DNA of 64,000 bases from the human T2T-CHM13v2.0 reference genome, Homo sapiens, in NCBI RefSeq assembly GCF_009914755.1, contig NC_060939.1, one strand, 5' to 3'. Below the pieces are notes generated by a model, which did no database searches, was not told the DNA's origin, and worked only from the letters and a program-made list of their open reading frames with translations. The position numbers and the translations under genes were made by a program. Below are positions 55,586 through 64,000 of this stretch, piece by piece. Positions within the stretch are counted from its first letter, which is position 1; the number at the start of each line of letters is the position of its first letter.

Positions 55586-57709
55586 TATCTTTTCTCTATT
55601 TTATTGGTCATAGTATAATTTTACCTGCAATACAAATATAACAGTGATTACATTTTCTTTCTAGTAATTGGCTGTAGGAATCACATACTCTTATTAAACT
55701 CTTCCTGTCAGTTTATACTGCACAATAACTTTAGTTTATCACAGTGCCTACATGCAATGCTACCTGATACCCGCTCCTGGAAAAGAATTTTGTTCTGTTG
55801 TGCTTACTTTGCTCTTTTCTGTACAAACTCCCTTTTATGTACTTTTATGATTTATTGGCATTATGCAGCCCTCTATCCTCCTTTCCCGACCGGGCTCAGA
55901 AACTTGGGAGTGATGTGCGTTCTCTCCCTTTCTAGTTGACTCTTTCCTGGCTCCTTTACTCTTCCTTCTCCCCATCTCCTGCTTTCCTGTCACTGGCTTC
56001 TCCAATCTGCTTTTTCCTCTTGCTCCCCCTTTGCCCAGTCTTATAGCACCCTCTAAGAAATGTGTTTTGCCGAAGGAAGGTCTCTGTACACTGTTATTAC
56101 TTTCTTCTTTGACTGTGTTTTTAGTTTTTGTGTCATTTCTGGGAACTCTGCTACAATAACATTCCATGAAGGAAAGCTGAACACTAGGGAAATGAGAGAG
56201 GAAGCTGGGGAAAGAAAGAGCAGAGGGAAGATGGAGAGGGGCTCAGGGAGGACCCCAAACAAGTTAACATGAGGCATCTTGGAGTGAACTCTACAAATAA
56301 AGACACTTTTTACAATGTTTTACTGTTTACAAAGTAGTTTTCATATGTTACCTGATTATCTGGTAACAAATATAGGCATGCTTCTTAACATTTTGCAGAT
56401 GAAGAGACTGGAGCTATAAATTAAGAATAATATAAACTGTGATGATGCAGCTTATAAAAGCAGAGTTGGGATTTGAGGCTTCTGACTTCAGCTCTCTTTC
56501 TCTTTCCACTATTCCACAATGCCAGGAAGATGAAGGAGTTGAACTCCGGGAGAATTCAAGTCACCTTTCACAAGGCTATGTTTTCCATAGGTTCAAAAAA
56601 CCAAAAAATCCAGACTTATGCTCTAGTTTATCATGATTAATTTTTCTTGTGGTAAGAAAATAATTTAACCATTAGGTTTGTTTGTCGTAGCAACAAGAAA
56701 TGAATTACTTTCCAAACTGGGAATATCCCTCTGTAGCCAATGAAAGAATGAGTACAAGTGTGGAGGAGTAAATCTGCATAAAGATAAATATAACTTTAGA
56801 AAATTCTTGAGACATTGACAGAGTTTTGGACCTAATTTCTAAATGGGCAGAAAGCTCTCTTTTAGAACAGCTTCTCTGCAATCCTGTGTAGAAGTGGGAA
56901 GATGAACATGGAGACTATTCAAGGCAGGGATGGTGGACTTAGTGGGTCATTTTCACTTTTTTGAGTTTCAAAATCTTACAAATTATATTATTTTTGGCTC
57001 TTTCTGTGTCTTTGAGAACTGCTCTTTCTACCTTAAATCACCTCCAGAATCACCAGGGCAAACAAGAAGCTTATTTGAACTTCAGGTCTCTAGAAAACAG
57101 ACTGCTGTGTCATTGCACTTGGAAAGCAATCATTTAAAGATAGTTTTCAGGCAGGTGAAAGACCAGCACAACAAACTGATAAAACTGCCTCTGTCATTTG
57201 ATCTCCTGCAGCCATTCTGGAGAGAAGACATTCCTGTTAGGAACCTGAGCAAGAAGCTCTGGTCAGGAGACTTCTATTTTATTAGGATCCTGCCCCAAGT
57301 TAGAGGTCAAGTTACAACTCCCCTCAAAATTACTCTGTAATAGGCTGCATTACATAGAAAATTCCAACAAAGCACCGGAATGTCTGAGTTAAGAGAGCTC
57401 TTTGTACATTAAGAAGAAAAATAAAGTTCAGCAGCATAATCCTATTTCTAAGCCAAATCTGGATAATACTAAAGGACTTCCAAATAACACCATTTAACTA
57501 TTTGCGAGAATTATGAGTTTGCACTCTGAGCGATGTCCTGTCCCCTGCCCCCCAAACCTCAATAGAAGCAAAGAAGCTAGCAACACTCTACCTCATAAGC
57601 TTACTATTTAAACTGTGCAAAGGTGAATAAAAAAAGTGAGAATAAAGAAGGTGATGTGGGAAGATGGCAAGGAAATGTCCCATTCTTAAGCACCTTTTAA
57701 AAAAAGAAT

Positions 57710-58009
<300 letters not shown>

Positions 58010-58338
58010 TCAAAGCATTCCTGAATTCCATGGGGACCTAGAGTCCATTGACCCTGACACCTTCCACTACCCCTCATGGCCATTGTGTCCTGAATGCCCC
58101 TCCTTAGCCAGCTTCCATTTGCAGTCCTTGCATACACCAACTTATTTGCCTCTCTCTCCTTTCAGAGTACAGTATGTGCCTGGCAATATCCTAGGTATGG
58201 TTAAAACCAACTCTCTGCCTAGTTTGTGCTTAAAAGTGTTGGGGGAAAACATGCAACCATGCTGAGCAGACACACTTTAAATTCACGATCATTCATGATT
58301 ATGGGCATCTTGTGGCCCTCCATGCTGCCTGGCTGTTC

Positions 58339-58682
<344 letters not shown>

Positions 58683-59324
58683 TAGATGGCTCATCATACC
58701 TGTTTCCCCCTTTTACTCTCAGTGGGTCACCTTACTTAACTGTTTTCTTAAAAATTTCTATGTACTCCTATTACCCCAATTCCCACAGGACTTACATCAG
58801 TTTAGACCTTGGAAGATGGCACCCAGCATTGGCTACATGCTCCTACTCTAGTTGTCATTTACCTCAAGGGCAGCATATTTATTGAAGGTTAAAACAATAA
58901 GATAGCACTGTCCTAGGCATGTTCCCTGGCAGCAGTGTCCCTCTACCTCGTGTTGCTGTGCCTCTATTGCTTGAAACGTCAGTAAGTAAATGCAATCCTG
59001 TTTAACCCAGGGTCCTGAGCATGTGTCCCCTGCCCACACTTCTGCTGAACTACAGTTCACATGTCTCACTGGGACAGTCTGGGAGGATGCTAGCTGTACA
59101 GACTGCTGTTGCTTATCACTGCTGTTATTCTATCGAGCCGTCACCCAGAGACCTGCCCAAAGTTTGCAGGTGCATGTCCAGGGGTAAGGTGGGACCACAC
59201 AGTTCAGCACCTCAGTAGGACTGTCCCCCACTGAGTCTTGCCCTGCTTTCTGCCACCTCCCCTGATGTCTGCCAGAAGAAGAGGCCATGCAAGAACTTAG
59301 GAAAAAAAACAGTGGGCACATTCA

Positions 59325-59560
59325 TAATGGCTACCATTTACCAAGTATCTGTTGTGTGCCAGGTGCCTTACATGCATTCACTCACCTAATTCTAACAACT
59401 GTATTCCAAGGTGTCATTATTCTCATTTTATAAATGAGAAAACTGAGGCTTAGATTATGTAATATGCAGAAGCCTCACTGCTAATAAAGGGTAGAGTCTG
59501 CATCCGGACCCAAGTCTGCCTGAGTTCAAAGCCTATGTTCTTTTCACGACACTACTGCCT
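59325..59560. mobile_element. MIR SINE
   Basis: CATTTTATAAATGAGAAAACTGAGGCTTAGA core. Confidence 0.8.
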
Positions 59561-59749
59561 ATTCATTTATGTCAAAATGAGAGCTTAGAGTTCACTGGAG
59601 ACCATCAGTATGGGTTTCCAGGTTTCTTAGAATGCTGTGTGCTACCCAAATATTTTATTTTCTTATGTTAAGTGCAACAATTTTTATTAATACATGCAAT
59701 TATATAAAATCAGAGCATGAACATGACCTGATAAACTTTGTATTTATTT

Positions 59750-61490
59750 TCATTTCGACTTGGACATCTAATAGGCATCTGAAACTTAACACATACAAAA
59801 CCAAATTCCTGAAGACCAACTCCCCGCTAAATGTAGCTCATGTGGTCTTCCCCAGCTTAATAAATGGCAACTCCATTATTCTAATTGCCCTGGCAAAAAA
59901 ACCTTGGTGCCATCTTTAATTCTCTTTCTGTCATAGAACATCAGAAAATCTTGAGGACTCTAACTTTAAAATATATTAGAATATATTTTCTATTGCTGTT
60001 ACTACCCTGCTCCAAGCTTCATTGTCTGTTGGCCTGGATGATGGCAATAACTTGTTTCCTACCTCTTTGTCTCCTGACAGCCTTCACTCAACATTATGAT
60101 CCAGAGTAAGCCTTTAAGACAGAAGTCAGCCTTCCCCACTCCCACGGCTTCACATGACTAGCCTAAAAAACAAAGATAGAAGTCAGGTCGTATCATCCTT
60201 CTGCTCAATATCACGGATTGGCTTCTCGTATCACTCCAAATAAAATTTCAAGTCCTTAAAAAGCTTATAAGGCTATATATCATCTAACCCCTCCTTCCCT
60301 ATCTGAATGACTTCTCCTTCTCTCCACTAATCTCACTCTGTCCACACTGGTCTCCTTGTTTTCAGAAACATATTACGACTACTTCTGCCTCAGGACATTG
60401 TGTTTGCTGTTCACCCTGCTAGGAGATCTCTTCTAGATACTCACATGGCTTCTCCCTGGCTTCCCTTCTATCTCCGCTCAAATGTCACTTTATCAGTGAG
60501 GCCATCCCTTTAATAACTGTGGTAGCTAGTGTCCAAAAATGGCCCCTTAATGAGCCACATCTTCCAATATTCTCAGCCTCATAGAGTCCTCTCTCCTTGA
60601 ATCTAGTGAGCCCTGTGACTTGTTTTGACCAATAGAATGTAGTGGAGGTGATGCTTGCCTGACTTCCAAGGCTACATCATAAGAAGCCTTGCAGTTTTCA
60701 CCTGGAGTTTTTGGAATATTTGCTTCAGGAGAAGCCACCGGCATGGGAGAAGCCTGACTACTCAATCCCACCATGTTGTGAGAAAGCCCAAGATAGCCAC
60801 ATAGAAAGGTCATGTGCAGACAGAGTGATGCCTGGCCAGACCCCAGTTGTTCCAGCCTTCCCAGCTGAGGGGCCAGCCATGTGAATGAAAAAGCCGTTTG
60901 GAATGTCCGGCCCATTCAATTATTCAGATAACCCTGGCCCGATTTGCCATATGACTGCAACTGTTTAAAGACCCCAGGGAACCTACAAGATCATACATTT
61001 TTTTCTTAAAGTTTTTTTTTTTTTTTTTTTTAATTTTAGAGACAGGGTCTCACTCTGTCACGCAGGCTGGAGTGCAGTGGCACAGTCATAGCTCACTGTA
61101 AACTCAAAGTCCTGGGCTCAAGCAATCTTCCTGCCTCAGCCTTCTGACTAGCTGAGACTATAGGTGCATGCCACCACACCAAGCTAATATTTTTTAACCA
61201 ATAGGATTTAGGGTGTTTTGTTGTGTGGCAATGGATATCTGAAACAGAAATCAATATGTTACACCCCTTCCCACAAATATAATGACACTCCATATCCTCC
61301 TTAACTTGCTGTATTTTTCTCTTGTTGCATTTACCACCTGGCTTACTGTGTATCTACCTATTTGTTATTGTCTCCCTATCCCCGCTGGAACACAAACTCT
61401 GGGAAGGCAGAGACTTTGTCTTATTCATTACTGTATCTGAGCGCCTGGAATAGTGTCTAAGATAGGCCCTCAATACATATTTGTTAAATG
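59750..61490. mobile_element. L2 LINE 3' relic split by an MLT1 LTR
   Basis: TGGACATCTAATAGGCATCTGAAACTTAAC...GAAGGCAGAGACTTTGTC...CTCAATACATATTTGTTAAATGAA. Confidence 0.8.
60518..61246 (+). mobile_element. MLT1F/G/H-type MaLR LTR containing an Alu right arm (61012-61195, -)
   Basis: GTGACTTGTTTTGACCAATAGAATGTAGTGGAGGTGATG...GCAATGGATATCTGAAACA. Confidence 0.78.
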
Positions 61491-61733
61491 AAGGCATATA
61501 TTTAATTTAACTTGATAAGTTTGCTTTTTGTAGACATAGCAAGTCCATAAAAAGAAAAGACAAATTAATTTAAATTGCCCATGCCGACAGCCTTCCCTCT
61601 TATGGACACAATATCTGGAGATGTCTAAAATACTGCGATCTTCGCCTTTCCACTGAAGCATACCTTCCAAGGGGAAAGGAGTAAGATTCTGCTCCTTTAA
61701 TACATACTGACCTCAGGAGAAAGGGACTAGAAA

Positions 61734-62094
61734 TGTATGGACTGAATGTCTGTGTGCCTTGCAAATTCATATGGTGAAATCCTAAACCCCAATATGATGG
61801 TATTAAGAAGTGAGACCTTTGGAGGTGATTAGGTCATGAGGGTGAAGCCTTCAGGAATGGGATTAGTGCCCTTATAAAAGAGACTTCAGAGAATTCTCTA
61901 GCCCTCTTTATGCCATGTAAGGACACAGTGAGAAGATGACCATCTATGAACCAGGAAGCAGGCCCTCACCAGACATCATATCTTCCAGCACTTTGATCTT
62001 AGACTTCCTAGCCTCCAGAACTGCAAGAAATAAATGTTTGCTGTTTAAGCCATCCAGTCTATGATATTCTGGTATAGTAGCCTGAACTAAGACA
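61734..62094 (+). mobile_element. MLT1A0-type MaLR solo LTR
   Basis: TG...CA termini, 5-bp TSD AGAAA, AATAAA near the 3' end. Confidence 0.9.
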
Positions 62095-63282
62095 AGAAAA
62101 AAAAAACAGGTGTCAGGCAGATTCCAGGAGAACATCCCTTAAACATAACCCAAATGGAGATGACTATCAGAATCATCAAACCCTGTTGAGGAGCTCTTGT
62201 CAGTAGATCTGTGCTACACAGTGTCACCTCTCCCTTTGCTCACTTCTGGAAGGACTCAATAATTCCTCCTCATTCCACAAGCACTTCTTGAATGCCTAGT
62301 CACTCTCTTATGATAAAATATCCATTCCCTCCTTTCACAAAATTAGTCAGAATAAAGAAAAACCATTGGGTTGAAAAACTTTGAATAGAATGTTTAAAGT
62401 GATTTAGAAGTTTGGACACAAGAATTTTGTTTGCGTTAAAATAGTTCAAGATCTCATCTCAACCACTTCGTGGGAAAATTGCTAGCATAGAGATGCTTCA
62501 GCTGTTAGCTTTGTTGACCTTTTTGTTTTGGCACTTCTGGAAAATGGAGGAAGGGGCTGAAGCTCATATATTCTTGGAGAAATAAGGCAAACAGCACAGC
62601 TCAGGTATGGGCTGGTGATGTGGCATTCTGTGTCAAGTAAGGAACACCCTGCCATCTCCTGGGCCTCAGCTTCAGATTTCTGGACAGTACCTTCTCAGGC
62701 AAGAATACATATTTTCCCATGCACAAGCAAGAAGGCTGCCCAATCCATTTAGATTCATATGGAAAGAAAAGAGACACTGCCTCAAATTCAAAAGCAACAA
62801 AGCAGGCGGAGATGAAGTACAAGCTCAGAAACTCACAATAATTGCTTTACTAACCAGAATATCTAGTTAGCTTCTCTGCTGGAAATATCTGCAGTTAGGT
62901 TTTCTCAAAGTGCTCTTCATGATCCAGATTAGCTACAAGTTTTACTTTTTGTAAAGGGCCCAGTTGGGTATTTTTTCCAGAACAAAGGGTGAATGCAATG
63001 AATAGTCAAGTTTTTACCTTTCTCTAGACTGAAAAATTCTAGCTTTAAAATAATAGCTTTTCTAGATTATTTCAATACCCTGCCCTCCCCCTTCCTTTAA
63101 AAAATAAATCTTATAGATTAAGTTTGGGCATCTGGTTGAAAAAACCCCATTTAAAACATTAGAAAATTGAGAGTTAGAGAGACTTAAGATCAGCTAGTAC
63201 ATGAGCCAAATCTTCAGATACAAAATCCATGTGTTCTCCATAGTGGAACACTGTAAAATTAAACTACCACACACTCACAAAG

Positions 63283-63602
<320 letters not shown>

Positions 63603-64000
63603 TCACAAAGCTTCGAAAAACATTCCTTAATAAGGCCTCAAGGATGAACATGTCCTTGTGTATTTTTTTTCCGTGAAAATGAAACTAGTCTCAAATCTCC
63701 ATGCAACTGTAGCTGGAAAAATAAATATTGATCTAGTTTCCTCCTATAATTCTGAATTTTAGTTCATAGGAGCTTAGAGTTAGAGGCAAACTTTGGACAT
63801 TATTTAGTCCTAATCCATCACAAATTGTAAGAAAAAACTCAAAATAGCTTTATTTAAAACAAAAGTATCTTTAGGTATAATGCTATTTTCACACATGATT
63901 GATAAATTTATTAGGATGAAAATCATATTAGAATAAAATATCTTTGAGGCTACAACTCGTCCTTTTTATGTGAATAGCAAAATTAAAGGCTTAAAATATA

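Noticed and set aside
56930-57340. 136-aa ORF in unique sequence (also 20532-20939)
   Set aside because: No recognisable domain or convincing splice structure; this length can occur by chance in 64 kb.

Overview
Primate (human-like) non-coding genomic DNA, dominated by transposable elements. It holds about 52 Alu copies or fragments, L1 pieces of several ages, L2/L3/MIR relics, many ERV1/ERVL/MaLR LTRs and DNA transposons, including a full-length but dead Hsmar1 mariner. I can support no cellular protein-coding gene, tRNA or rRNA. The supplied ORFs I could place are read-throughs of Alu, LTR12, L1, Hsmar1 or microsatellite sequence; the rest are short with no recognisable motif. The most unusual structure is a 7.5 kb LTR element at 39056-46597, bounded by one 5-bp target-site duplication (TSD, ATACC) but carrying two different LTRs. 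Its 5' LTR is ERV-L MLT2B-type, joined at the primer-binding-site position to a MaLR internal region and an MLT1A0-type 3' LTR, a candidate fossil of ERV-L/MaLR co-packaging. Also notable are two candidate L1 3' transductions, a CpG-rich solo LTR12C promoter inside a four-level nest, possible downstream non-coding exons, and a palindromic 28-bp VNTR. Repeat subfamily names come from my recollection of consensus sequences, not from a search. Boundaries of old elements are approximate.
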